Below are positions 19,156-29,390 of a stretch of 64,000 nt of DNA, piece after piece (the first letter of the stretch is position 1; each line of letters starts with the position of its first letter). The DNA is taken from positions 2,912,001-2,976,000 of the forward strand of contig CP181291.1 in NCBI GenBank assembly GCA_052279835.1, in the 5' to 3' direction. Origin of the DNA: Microcoleus sp. Lineage in GTDB: Bacteria > Cyanobacteriota > Cyanobacteriia > Cyanobacteriales > Microcoleaceae. Both the position numbers and the translations under genes were made by a program. Under the pieces are notes generated by a model. It did not search any database. It saw only the letters and a list, made by a program, of their open reading frames with translations, and was not told the origin of the DNA.

Positions 19156-22100
19156 TTTCTCTGGTAAAGTTGTCGGTTGTTCTAACAAGTCCACTGACTG
19201 ACTAATCGCCAAACTCAAATCGCTCTCTAATTCTAACCGAGCCTCTTTACCCTGGGATTCATAACACCGTAAAATCCACAAGTTAGCATGGTCTTCCGAC
19301 TGTTTGAAAGCCATCAAAACTAAGTTGTCGGCTGATAAATCGAGGAATTTACCTACTGTCGGCAAAGTGCGGTGGTGATTTCCCTCTAACTTGGGAAATA
19401 CCTTGACTAAGAGTGGCAAATTCAATTCATATCCCTGTCGTACAGTACCAGCATCTTGCCAATTTCCGCGGTGAGGATAAACTCCACAAGTAAATTCATG
19501 AATGCCGATATCAGCTTGTTCATCTGGCCAAGTCGAACTCCTGAGTAATGTTAGACGAATTTGATTTGGTTGAAGGTCACAACCATATTTACAATCATTG
19601 AGTAAGCTAACTCCAAAATCGTCATTACTGATATCTGTCCACCGTAATATCGGCACTTCCCATTTGGCTTTTTCCGCCGCAGTCTGCGGTTTAGTTGTGC
19701 GCTCGATCGCACCTCCGGGAATTTCGCACGTTGCCAAATCTGCTTCTACATTTAACCCAAAGGCAGCTTTTACTAAAACGTGCTTTTCTTGCCAATCTAC
19801 CACTGTTTTAATTTTCAGCACTGGCGAACCAATTTCTACTATATAATCTTGGTAAAACTCCGATTTTCCAATTTGTCTAACTACACGCAAACTCTGCCTT
19901 ATTTCTCCCTGGGAGATCCAGGTAATATCTTTCAGTATCGGCGCTGCTAAGGGATATTTTGCATAATTTGGATCGATGTTCCAAGCGTCCCAATATTGAC
20001 CGCCATCTTGAAATGATTGCAGTTGATTGCCTCCAGATTCATTCAGGACTTCCCTATCATTTAGTTTATCCCAAATACTCGATAAATTTCCCGTTTCACT
20101 GTCTACTTTTACTCGAATAAATTCATTTTCTAGCAGCATGATTGGGGGGACAAAATCAGTTTCTTGACAAATACCCTCGTTTCGTGTCATCGTAGTTGTA
20201 ACATCACCTAACCATGTCTGATTGTAGTTTTCTGGTAAGGGCGACGAATTTTCCAGGGTTTCAGCAGCTTCGGGACAGAGCCAAAACACCCGGTAGCCGA
20301 CTGGGGGGAGATTATTCGCGAAAAATAACAGTGTAGATTGTGGTTGTGGTCGATCGCACTGTTGAATTTGCGTAGTCAGCCGTTGTCCTGACAAGTCGTA
20401 AATCGCCCAAGTGGTAGCAGCGGAATCGGGAAGGGGTAAAGAGACAACTTCCGAACGCGCCCAATTGAGGGAGTTAAAGATTAAAATCGGTTGAGCATCA
20501 GGTTGGGGTGGAGAAGGCAGAGAAATTTGAGTGGCGATCGCATCCAAAGATGTTAGCACCATTGCGCGACAAGTGCGATCGACCTCAGCCCATCCTAGAT
20601 TAGCATCAGCATAAACTTGGGCGATCGAAGAACCAGGCAAAATATCATGAAACTGGTTAAATAAAACTTTTTTCCAGGCTATTTCTAATTCAGACTTCGG
20701 ATAAATCGCACCCGCGCAAATCGTGGCGAGGGAAGACAGCAACTCAGCTTGGTAAAGCAATTCCTCACAGCGGCGGTTGTAACGCTTTTGATCCGCGTGA
20801 GTTGTGTAACAACCTCGGTGGAATTCCAGGTAAAGTTCATCTTTCCACAGAGGAAGAAGAGGAAGCCTCGAAACATCAGTTTGAGACTGGGAAATTTTAC
20901 CCAAGTTAGCAGATTCAGCCACAGCCGAATTACCAATTTCAGCCTGTTTCAAAATTGCCGGATTTTCCCCCATCGAAACATCGACTAGAAACTCGGAAAC
21001 TTTACCCAAATTAGCAGATTCAGCCGCCCTCGAATTACCAATTTCAGGCTGTTTCAAAATTGCCGGATTTTCCCCCATCGAAACATCGACTAGAAACTGG
21101 GAAGTTTTAGCCAAATTAGCAGATTCAACCGCAGCCGAATTGTCTCGCATCGAAACATCGACTAGAAACTCCGAAGTTTTAGCCAAATTAGCAGATTCAG
21201 CCGCAGACGAATTGTCTCGCATCGAAACATCAGCTTGAGACTGAGAAACTTTACCCAAATTAGCAGATTCAGCCGCAGCCGAATTGCCAATTTCAGCCTG
21301 TTTCAAAATTGCCGGATTTTCCCCCATCGAAACATCAGCTTGAGACTGAGAAGCTTTACCCAAATTAGCAGATTCAGCCGCAGACGAATTGTCTCGCATC
21401 GAAACATCAGCTTGAGACTGAGAAACTTTACCCAAATTAGCAGATTCAACCGCAGCCGAATTGCCACTTTCACCCTGTTTCAAAATTGCCGAATTGTCTC
21501 GCATCGAAACATCAGCTTGAGACTGGGAAACTTCCGGCGAAAACTGACTCTCAATCAACGCCAAATAATCCACAGCCTTCGCAAACTCCAACCTCGGAAA
21601 AAAAGGCGACAATTCCCAGCGTTTCGCAACCTCCAACATATCACGAGTCGGGCCGCCACCGTGGTCGCCAACTCCCGGTAGCCAAACAGCAGATTGCAAA
21701 CCCGTTTTAATTTGCCAATCAAAAAGATGATTCGCCATTTTCACAGATTCGATGTTTTCACCGATCGGACCCGACATCATGCTAAATATTTTAGTACCAT
21801 CCAAACCTTCCCACCAAAATGCACCATAGGGAAACTCAGTGGTATCATTCCAACGCAACTTTTGCGTCACAAAATAATCAACTCCACCATCGAGCAAAAT
21901 CTGAGGTAATTGCCATCCAAAACCAAAAGTATCCGGTAGCCAAACTACCCGCATTAACTCCCCGAACTTTTCCTGGGCGTAACGCTGTCCATAAACAACT
22001 TGTCTCACCATGGATTCAGCCGAAATCAAGTTTAAATCTGGTTCCACCCACATCCCACCAACAACTTCCCAAAGTCCAGCAACTACCTGTTTTTTAATCT

Positions 22101-23193
22101 CTGCAAATAAATCAGGCCGATGCTCTTCTATCCAAGCATAAAGTGCAGGAGTTGAATGACAGAAAATTAAATTAGGAAATTCCGATTGTAACTTCAATGC
22201 CGACTCAAAAGTCCGTTGTGCCGCTTCCCAAGTTTCAGCAACAGGCCACAACCAAGCCAAATCCAAATGAGCATGACCCACTAAATAAATTTTACCTTTA
22301 TATATAGAAGATTTTCCACTACTTTCTCCTATATATATAGATGTACTCTCATCACTTTCTGCCCTCCCAAAAACCCTCTCTCTTCCACCTCCCTCTGTGC
22401 CCTCTGTGCCCTCTGCGGTTTCAACCTTTAAACCATCCTGAAAACCTCCCAAAAATCCGAGCAAGTTTTGCCTTAAACTAGAAAGCGAACGATCGAACTT
22501 TTGTCGATCGCCCACCACAGACCAATCAATCAAACCCACCGCCAATTCCACTTGAGATTTTAGCGTTTCCCCCTTGACAACCAACCCACCATGGACTATA
22601 TTTTTAGTGGGGGAGTATTGGAAATTTAAATTTGAGAAATTACCAGACAGGGAATTTTGCAAAATCTCCAATTCATCAGCCACAAAACCAGGGTCAAAAC
22701 AAACAGAATCAGCAGCTTCATACACACAAACTGACTTCACCAAAGCACCCGAATCGTGACCAGGACTCACCAACCGCAAAATTACTAAAAATTCATCTCC
22801 CGGAAGGACTGAGGGACTGAGCAAAAGTCGCACCGCACAATCAAATAAATCTCCGACTCCAACTAACTCTCCATTCACAAAAATCTGAACATTGTCGGCC
22901 CACCAAGTCAAGCTCAACAGCAAACGCAACCCCGTCACAGGATAGGCTGACAAACTTGCAGGAACTAAAAAATTTTGTCCCAAATAAAAAACTTGTTTAC
23001 CAGCAGGCCAAGCAATATGTCCTTTATGGTTAAGTTCGGCAACAGGCCAGTTACAAATATTTACCCCCTGGACAACAGCCAAGTCGGAGTCGCAGTACCT
23101 CCAGCCAGACTGCGCATCCCATCGGGTGAGGCGACGCAACCTTTCGACAACTTCAGAAATATTATTGCTAGCAGATGACACAGAAGCACTCAT
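19075..23193 (-). CDS. Alpha-mannosidase, GH38, with large internal repeat insertion
   Basis: GHAHLDLAWLW, WLPDTFG, GVGDHGGGP, ELYLEFHRG, NQFHDILPGS and LLNDCKYG motifs. Confidence 0.92.
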   Translation of the reverse strand: MSASVSSASNNISEVVERLRRLTRWDAQSGWRYCDSDLAVVQGVNICNWPVAELNHKGHIAWPAGKQVFYLGQNFLVPASLSAYPVTGLRLLLSLTWWADNVQIFVNGELVGVGDLFDCAVRLLLSPSVLPGDEFLVILRLVSPGHDSGALVKSVCVYEAADSVCFDPGFVADELEILQNSLSGNFSNLNFQYSPTKNIVHGGLVVKGETLKSQVELAVGLIDWSVVGDRQKFDRSLSSLRQNLLGFLGGFQDGLKVETAEGTEGTEGGGRERVFGRAESDESTSIYIGESSGKSSIYKGKIYLVGHAHLDLAWLWPVAETWEAAQRTFESALKLQSEFPNLIFCHSTPALYAWIEEHRPDLFAEIKKQVVAGLWEVVGGMWVEPDLNLISAESMVRQVVYGQRYAQEKFGELMRVVWLPDTFGFGWQLPQILLDGGVDYFVTQKLRWNDTTEFPYGAFWWEGLDGTKIFSMMSGPIGENIESVKMANHLFDWQIKTGLQSAVWLPGVGDHGGGPTRDMLEVAKRWELSPFFPRLEFAKAVDYLALIESQFSPEVSQSQADVSMRDNSAILKQGESGNSAAVESANLGKVSQSQADVSMRDNSSAAESANLGKASQSQADVSMGENPAILKQAEIGNSAAAESANLGKVSQSQADVSMRDNSSAAESANLAKTSEFLVDVSMRDNSAAVESANLAKTSQFLVDVSMGENPAILKQPEIGNSRAAESANLGKVSEFLVDVSMGENPAILKQAEIGNSAVAESANLGKISQSQTDVSRLPLLPLWKDELYLEFHRGCYTTHADQKRYNRRCEELLYQAELLSSLATICAGAIYPKSELEIAWKKVLFNQFHDILPGSSIAQVYADANLGWAEVDRTCRAMVLTSLDAIATQISLPSPPQPDAQPILIFNSLNWARSEVVSLPLPDSAATTWAIYDLSGQRLTTQIQQCDRPQPQSTLLFFANNLPPVGYRVFWLCPEAAETLENSSPLPENYNQTWLGDVTTTMTRNEGICQETDFVPPIMLLENEFIRVKVDSETGNLSSIWDKLNDREVLNESGGNQLQSFQDGGQYWDAWNIDPNYAKYPLAAPILKDITWISQGEIRQSLRVVRQIGKSEFYQDYIVEIGSPVLKIKTVVDWQEKHVLVKAAFGLNVEADLATCEIPGGAIERTTKPQTAAEKAKWEVPILRWTDISNDDFGVSLLNDCKYGCDLQPNQIRLTLLRSSTWPDEQADIGIHEFTCGVYPHRGNWQDAGTVRQGYELNLPLLVKVFPKLEGNHHRTLPTVGKFLDLSADNLVLMAFKQSEDHANLWILRCYESQGKEARLELESDLSLAISQSVDLLEQPTTLPEKSEDGKGFQISPWKIASFSIRRRSKAS
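20869..21531 (-). repeat. In-frame tandem repeat of 105-bp and 72-bp units (7 units plus a partial)
   Basis: Units of 35,24,35,24,24,35,35 aa (..DVSM..ESANL[GA]K) plus a 9-aa partial; DNA of the units is near-identical. Confidence 0.9.
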
Positions 23194-23251
23194 ATTTCGC
23201 TAAGATTGAGAATTAGACAGAAACAAGGTTTAATCAACCTCAAATTAAATT

Positions 23252-25240
23252 ATGTCTTCAAGTAACTACGGTGGTCCGTACCAAAGCCGACTATTAAAAT
23301 TTATATCCAAACAGTCCCGCCAAGTTGCCGAAAATTGCGATCGCACTTGGCGACAAGTTAAATCCGCAACGCTTAACACTACCCAAATTCTACTTTATCC
23401 AGCATACTTGGTGGTGCAAAGTTCGCGAATGTTAGCCAGACAACTGCGGGAATCAAGTCAAAAAATAGATTTACCAGAATTGCAGGAATTTGCAGGAAGA
23501 GAAAATCTCAAATTTTCTCAAAATTCATCCTCAAATTGGTGGGATGAGGAGATAGGCGCAGAAAGTGCGATCGTAGATATTGTGCACATGGCTGAAAATA
23601 TACTCCTCCCATCGCAAACAACGACAAAATCCGACAATTTATCCTTTGTAATTCCAGCCGAAAATTTGCCCGCCCCAGTCACACCAGAGGCTTTAGGGGC
23701 ACAAACACACTTTACCCGAAACCTGGCCAAAACTCCCAGGAATTTAGTTTTAGAACATCAAGACACAGAAACTCCAGCAACCGAAATTTCCATCAACAAT
23801 GGCGCAGCCGTTAACACCACACCAAAAGTTCGGGGAATTGCGACTTTTTTACCAGCCCGCAGTTTAGTATTGGTGGGAGCAGAAAATCAGATTTTAGATA
23901 TTTTAACCCAAGAACAGCAAGAACTCTTGGAAGGTCGCATAACTTGGGAAGTCGCCAACTCCGGGCCAGGGCGACGAGAAATTGCCAAAAAAGAATTAAA
24001 ATTTAATCTCGGCTTAGAAGAGGCTGCGGCAAAATCCCTACTTCCGCCAGTGCGCGGTTTTTGGCAATTGATGGCTTGGGTACAAACAAGTCCCTTGGCG
24101 CTGAAAAGAAATCAGTTTGGAGAATCAATCCTGGCGATGAAAAAAGCCATTAATGCCAGTGCCGATCGCCATTTAATCATAGCTCAAGCCGATAGAGCGC
24201 CAATCACCGGAGTCAAAACCGATCGACCGGCAATTACCTCCGCCAGTGCGCTAGACTACCATACATCAGAATTAACCACAGATTTTTACACTAAGTTCGA
24301 TCGAGCCACCAATCCTCTATCCTTTGTCACATTACTCGATCGCGCCGCCGTCAACCTCGAAGACTTCACCATTCCCCAAGTATCAAAAATTACTTGTGAC
24401 TTAACAGACAGCCCGCCAGCCCAGATAGAGCCAACAACCGAGAAGTTGAGCCCAAGCACCCGCTCCATAGTTGAAAACTACGCCAAAAGCATCGAACAGA
24501 TGATTTGGTCATCAGTAGACTACCTCCTAGGCAAAGAAACAGCAGCCAGCGATAATACAGAAAAATCTCTAGCAATCAAGTATTCTTTGCAACAAAGAAG
24601 TGTGGAAAACACTGAAAAAACCGAGACCAAGGGCGATCGACCTTGGCTAAATTGGCAAGACCTATTTGGAGAGCCAGCACCACCATCCCTAGACCAAGTG
24701 CCACAGCCAGCCCCAGAGCAAATAACACAAATAAGCACAAAAGTCAAGCCCGAAAATAGGGAAATCGAAAAATTGGCTCCTGGTCGATCGACACCAAAAT
24801 CCCCATCACCATACCCAGAGGCAATTCAAAACCTGCTCGCCCAACTCAAAAGTAGCATTAACATAAAAGTAACAAAAAGTCAACCCCAAAAAACATCTAA
24901 TTTAGAAAATCTTCAAAAAAATAGCAGACAGAGCAACCTAGAAGCATCAACTCAGATCCAGACACAGAAAACTCAACCAGAAACAGTAACCACCCCTGAA
25001 CTCGGCGCAACCCCCAGCAAATACATCAGCATCACCAAAGAAACAGAAAAGAAAAACCCAGAGGAACAAGCACAGGAGTGCTTAGAAACCACAGCAGAAT
25101 CAATGGGATACATCAAGCATCCCCTAGAACAAGTGCTAGAATGGCTCGATCGCATCATGGTGCGACTAGAAACAATAGTCGAACAACTGTGGGAATGGGC
25201 AAAAATCAACTTCCCAAAAATCATCAACAGCAAAGATTAA
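23252..25240 (+). CDS. Hypothetical protein with low-complexity middle
   Basis: 662-aa ORF divergent from the GH38 gene. Ordered-looking N-terminus (YQSRLL...QILLYP) and C-terminus (GYIKHPLEQVLEWLD). Confidence 0.75.
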   Translation: MSSSNYGGPYQSRLLKFISKQSRQVAENCDRTWRQVKSATLNTTQILLYPAYLVVQSSRMLARQLRESSQKIDLPELQEFAGRENLKFSQNSSSNWWDEEIGAESAIVDIVHMAENILLPSQTTTKSDNLSFVIPAENLPAPVTPEALGAQTHFTRNLAKTPRNLVLEHQDTETPATEISINNGAAVNTTPKVRGIATFLPARSLVLVGAENQILDILTQEQQELLEGRITWEVANSGPGRREIAKKELKFNLGLEEAAAKSLLPPVRGFWQLMAWVQTSPLALKRNQFGESILAMKKAINASADRHLIIAQADRAPITGVKTDRPAITSASALDYHTSELTTDFYTKFDRATNPLSFVTLLDRAAVNLEDFTIPQVSKITCDLTDSPPAQIEPTTEKLSPSTRSIVENYAKSIEQMIWSSVDYLLGKETAASDNTEKSLAIKYSLQQRSVENTEKTETKGDRPWLNWQDLFGEPAPPSLDQVPQPAPEQITQISTKVKPENREIEKLAPGRSTPKSPSPYPEAIQNLLAQLKSSINIKVTKSQPQKTSNLENLQKNSRQSNLEASTQIQTQKTQPETVTTPELGATPSKYISITKETEKKNPEEQAQECLETTAESMGYIKHPLEQVLEWLDRIMVRLETIVEQLWEWAKINFPKIINSKD

Positions 25241-25323
25241 ATTCGCTAATCTTTGACATATGATAAAAAAGTTGCACCAGCAACAAATCACTCAGCTCGA
25301 TCGCATTCTTGGAGACTCCCACA

Positions 25324-25440
25324 GTGCTAACCCTCAAAATCGTAGTTAATATAGTTGTCCTATTCTTTGTTTCCCTGTTCATATTTGGATTTTTGTCCAA
25401 TGACCCAGCTCGGAACCCCAACCGCAGAGACATGGAATAA
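25324..25440 (+). CDS. psbI: Photosystem II reaction centre protein I
   Basis: Manual translation from GTG gives [38 protein letters not shown] (38 aa). GGAG lies upstream. Confidence 0.95.
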   Translation: MLTLKIVVNIVVLFFVSLFIFGFLSNDPARNPNRRDME

Positions 25441-25840
25441 TCGCCATGTCGGGTTGCACCGGAAAGACTGTTGAGAGTGCAAAGTGAGTCCAAAAACTAA
25501 AAATTGTACTTAGGTGTTGGTAGCCACTTGACTCAACCACAGAAATCCGATGCTAGCGGATTGGATACAAGCGAGCAATCCATCCAGCATATGAGGGGCG
25601 GGCCACAGCAGCCCCTGCCATGAACCCACAAACCATCAAAAATTAGTTAAAAAAACTTAACCTCGCTGGTCAGTGAGGTTATATTGTGGTGAAAGCAAGT
25701 TCTAACAGCAGCCAGCATCCCAAGCAGCGCAGCCACTGCAAATTTCAGACATCAAATTTCTGTTTAAAAATTTATAGCAACCTAAATAGGTAACTAGGAC
25801 ATTTTCAATTGCTCAAACCATTGATTTTATTGCATATTCG

Positions 25841-25899
25841 TTCTTCCTTCTTCCTTCTTCCTTCTTCCTTCCTCCTTCTTCCTTCTTCTTTCTTCCTTC
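25841..25899. repeat. STRR heptamer tract (TTCTTCC)
   Basis: Tandem 7-mers ending about 10 nt before the ATG at 25910. Confidence 0.8.
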
Positions 25900-25909
25900 T
25901 GCTATAACT

Positions 25910-28483
25910 ATGCCCTATCCGGTACCGCCACCAGAACCCCCTGCCATCATCAATATCACAAAGCCCAAAAAAGTCGCCCTCGCTGTGGCGGCAAGTGATA
26001 GAGACACCCGCAGCAACTCCACAGAACCACCGGAACCAAGCCCAGCTCTAGTTCTGTCAGAAGCAAAACCAGCCACCGAACCAGCACCCTCCGCCAGACT
26101 CCTGGACCCAACCGCAGCAGCAGGTCAGCCTTCAGAAATCGACGACCCCCTAGCAGCAGTGGCAAACGGCACAGCAGAGTTGAGATTTCAAAATCCCACT
26201 CCCTTTGTAGAAACCGCAACCAGGGGAACTCCCAAAGACTCTTCCTTTACTACTTATCATTTTGCACCGCCACAAAATCACCTTTCCGGTAGGAATCCAG
26301 CAGCAACCCCAGAGGCATTATTGACTCAGAAAAAACCGGGGGAACCAGAACAACCATCCGCACGGGTTTTAGACCCCGATGAAAGCAGTTATCAGGCAAA
26401 GGGGCTGCAACTAGAAGATAAGTCACCTCCTGAACCCCAGGATATTCCAGTTCCCGAACCACCCCCGGAACCAACACCAAGCGGACAACCACAGTTGGAA
26501 ATTCCGACTCCGGGTACTGCCCCAACGCCCGGAACACCAGCAGCCCCAAAACCGAAGCCCAAACCAGGCCCAGCCCCAGGAGTCCGCACCCCACCTTCCC
26601 AGCGGACGGTACCTTTTCCTGTGAATCCGGCAGATACGATTGAGGTGAAAGCAGACAGTCAGGAGTTTGATGACAAGCAGCAAATTGTTACGGCTATTGG
26701 CAATGTGGTGGTGCGGTTCCGACAAACGGTGATTGATGCCGATCGGGCGATCGTCAATTTAGTCACCCGCCAAGTGATAGCATCTGGCAATGTCGCCTAT
26801 ACCCGCGGCCAACAAGTAGTCCGTGGGGAACGGATGGAATTTAATCTCGGTCTCAATTCCGGTGTTGTCGAACAGGCAAAAGGTGAACTGTTCTTGCCCG
26901 CAGCAGGTAGCGAGTTAACGCCCACACTCCCCACTGATATCAGTGCTGGGACGATTCTCAATCAGCCCCTGAGCGATCGAATTACCAGTCAGCAGCCAGT
27001 GCGCGGAGTTCGCTCCCCCGGCGCCGCTACCTTTACCCTCGGCGGTGGCGGACAGGGCGGACAGGTGTCCACACCCCAAATCACTGGGGCCGTTAACCGC
27101 GTGCGCTTTGAAGCAGAACGTCTGGAACTGCGACCCGATGGGGTGAGGGTGGCTACTAATATTCGGATTACTAATGACCCCTTTTCTCCGCCGGAACTGG
27201 AATACCGCGCCAAGACGGCGACGATTAGAAGGATTTCCCCCACGGCGGAGGAATTGGTCACAACTAAACCTCGTTTGGTGTTCGACAACCGGGTGAAAAT
27301 ACCTGTGTATCCTCGCCGACAGGTGTTTGACAGTCAGCAGCGCAATGGCCCGTGTTTGACCTTTGGCTTCGATGGTGGCGATCGCGGTGGTTTGTACGCT
27401 GAGTGCGCTTTAGATGTACTGCAAGCAGGGCCAGTCAGGCTGACTTTGACTCCCCAGGTTTATCTTCAGCGGGCGATCGAAAAACACGGCGGTAGCCCCT
27501 TTTCCCCCGATAGTTATGGCCTGAAAGCGAAGTTGACGGCGGCCCTGGGCCCTCGTACTAGACTCGACGGTTCGGCAATATTTCTCAATTTTGATAATTT
27601 CCCGAATCTAGCTGAAAATGATTTTCGGGGTAATTTGCGTTTGCGGCAGTCGATCGGCACTCACACTCTGGTGGGGGAATATAGCTATCGCGATCGTCTC
27701 TTTAACGGTTCTCTAGGCTTTCAAACCGTCAACAGCAGCCTGGGAGTTGTTCTCACTTCCCCAATCATCCCCCTGGGAAAGTCTGGCATTAATCTCAGTT
27801 ACCAAGCCGGTTATCAATTTATCAATGCTGACACCGACAGATTTGACTTGCTCGAACCTGTGAGGGAAAATAACCGCATCGATTTGAGCCGCTTACAACT
27901 GAGCGCCGCCTTAACCCGCGACTTTACCCTATGGCAGGGTAAATCCCTCCCCCGCACTCCTACCCAGGGTTTGAAGTATACGCGGACTCCCGTGGTTCCT
28001 TACGTGAAACTGGCTTTGGGTATCCGTGGTGTTGGGAGTTTTTATAGCAGTGACGATCGACAAAATTCTCTCGCCGGCAGTGTCGGCATTCAAGGGCAAT
28101 TCGGTCATTTCTCCCGCCCTTTCCTCGACTACACTGGGTTTAACGTGACTTACACTCAGGTAGGACGGGATGGTCTATCCCCATTTTTGTTCGATCGCCT
28201 CGTAGACGTCAGAATCCTTTCCTTTGGACTTGTCCAACAAGTTTATGGCGGGTTTCGAGTCGGAATTCAAAGTGCTATTAATTTAGATACCAAGGAAACC
28301 ATTAGTACAAATTACACTTTGGAATATAGTCGCCGCAGTTATGCAATCATTTTACGTTTTAATCCCGAACGTCAAGTCGGTAGCCTGACTTTTAGGATTA
28401 GCGACTTCAATTGGAATGGCACTCCAGAATCTTTTGGTGGGGATGTGCGAAGTGTAGAAGGAGGGGTGCGTTTATCCGATTAA
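25910..28483 (+). CDS. DUF3769 / LptD(OstA)-like outer-membrane protein
   Basis: MPYPVPPPEPP start, OstA-like segment ADSQEFD...AIGNVVVRF, TNDPFSPPELE, YSYRDRLFNGSLG, and C-terminus RISDFNW. Confidence 0.8.
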   Translation: MPYPVPPPEPPAIINITKPKKVALAVAASDRDTRSNSTEPPEPSPALVLSEAKPATEPAPSARLLDPTAAAGQPSEIDDPLAAVANGTAELRFQNPTPFVETATRGTPKDSSFTTYHFAPPQNHLSGRNPAATPEALLTQKKPGEPEQPSARVLDPDESSYQAKGLQLEDKSPPEPQDIPVPEPPPEPTPSGQPQLEIPTPGTAPTPGTPAAPKPKPKPGPAPGVRTPPSQRTVPFPVNPADTIEVKADSQEFDDKQQIVTAIGNVVVRFRQTVIDADRAIVNLVTRQVIASGNVAYTRGQQVVRGERMEFNLGLNSGVVEQAKGELFLPAAGSELTPTLPTDISAGTILNQPLSDRITSQQPVRGVRSPGAATFTLGGGGQGGQVSTPQITGAVNRVRFEAERLELRPDGVRVATNIRITNDPFSPPELEYRAKTATIRRISPTAEELVTTKPRLVFDNRVKIPVYPRRQVFDSQQRNGPCLTFGFDGGDRGGLYAECALDVLQAGPVRLTLTPQVYLQRAIEKHGGSPFSPDSYGLKAKLTAALGPRTRLDGSAIFLNFDNFPNLAENDFRGNLRLRQSIGTHTLVGEYSYRDRLFNGSLGFQTVNSSLGVVLTSPIIPLGKSGINLSYQAGYQFINADTDRFDLLEPVRENNRIDLSRLQLSAALTRDFTLWQGKSLPRTPTQGLKYTRTPVVPYVKLALGIRGVGSFYSSDDRQNSLAGSVGIQGQFGHFSRPFLDYTGFNVTYTQVGRDGLSPFLFDRLVDVRILSFGLVQQVYGGFRVGIQSAINLDTKETISTNYTLEYSRRSYAIILRFNPERQVGSLTFRISDFNWNGTPESFGGDVRSVEGGVRLSD

Positions 28484-28544
28484 TTAAATTAGTTATTGGT
28501 GATGATTTATTGTTATAAATAACAACTCACCCTAAACAATCACC

Positions 28545-28608
28545 AATAACAACTAACAAATAACAACTAACAACTAACAAATAACAACTAACAAATAACA
28601 ACTAACAA
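28545..28608. repeat. STRR heptamer tract (CAACTAA/CAAATAA)
   Basis: Tandem 7-mers abutting the ATG at 28609. Confidence 0.85.
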
Positions 28609-29277
28609 ATGACAGAAGTGACGGCAATATCTGCACAAGCAGCAGCTCTGCTGGTTCACTATGGTTTTGACCTAGGTGGCAAAAAAGCAGAAAAATTGGC
28701 GGGCGAATGGCTGACTAATTATCCCAGCCACTGGCTCCGTTTAGCAGTGATTGAAGCGCTTTATCAAGGTCGTTACAAAGCCGTTTCTGTGGCACAAATA
28801 TTGAGTATGTGGCAGCGTTTGAACCAACCTGTATATCATTTTAATGGCGAGTTTGAACGCTTAGTTTGCAGCAATTTTCCTCAAGAATTAATGCTGGAAA
28901 GTGATTTTAAGTTGTCACAAAAACAGATATTTTCACCGAGTCCAGAATCTGATTTAGATGAGCTAGAACTAGATTTACTTCCGACTCCATATGTTGAATT
29001 CGATCCCGTCGATGATACAGAACTATCCAAAGTAGAGACTGAGGAAACATCAGAATTGTCCGCAGTCAATCGCACCAGGGAAAATGCAGAAGTTGTAATT
29101 TATGAAGATTTGGCAGTAACTGCTGTGGCAGATAAAGCCGAAGCTGATATTTCAGTCGCCTCGCAATTGGTTGAAAAATCAGTCCCCATCGTCAAACATA
29201 CTGATTTTCACTCCAAGTTAAAAGCTATTGCCAAAGAAGGCCGCATAAAAAAGGGAGAAAGAAGAAAAAAAGTCTGA
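28609..29277 (+). CDS. Conserved cyanobacterial hypothetical protein
   Basis: YGFDL...WLRLAVIEALYQGRYKAVSV.QIL..W.R...P..HF..EFERL motif and C-terminal FHSKLKAIA. Confidence 0.75.
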   Translation: MTEVTAISAQAAALLVHYGFDLGGKKAEKLAGEWLTNYPSHWLRLAVIEALYQGRYKAVSVAQILSMWQRLNQPVYHFNGEFERLVCSNFPQELMLESDFKLSQKQIFSPSPESDLDELELDLLPTPYVEFDPVDDTELSKVETEETSELSAVNRTRENAEVVIYEDLAVTAVADKAEADISVASQLVEKSVPIVKHTDFHSKLKAIAKEGRIKKGERRKKV

Positions 29278-29390
29278 TACGGGCCTTGGGAAACTGGGCG
29301 AACCGAACGGGAGGAATTGGTTATGGGTTATTCGTTATTGATTATTAGTTATCATAAATAACAAATAACAAATAACAAATAACAAAATTC

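Noticed and set aside
20869..21531. Possible intein or CRISPR in the GH38 gene
   Set aside because: No intein terminal motifs (N-terminal Cys/Ser block, His-Asn end) or endonuclease motifs. Units are contiguous and in frame with no spacers.
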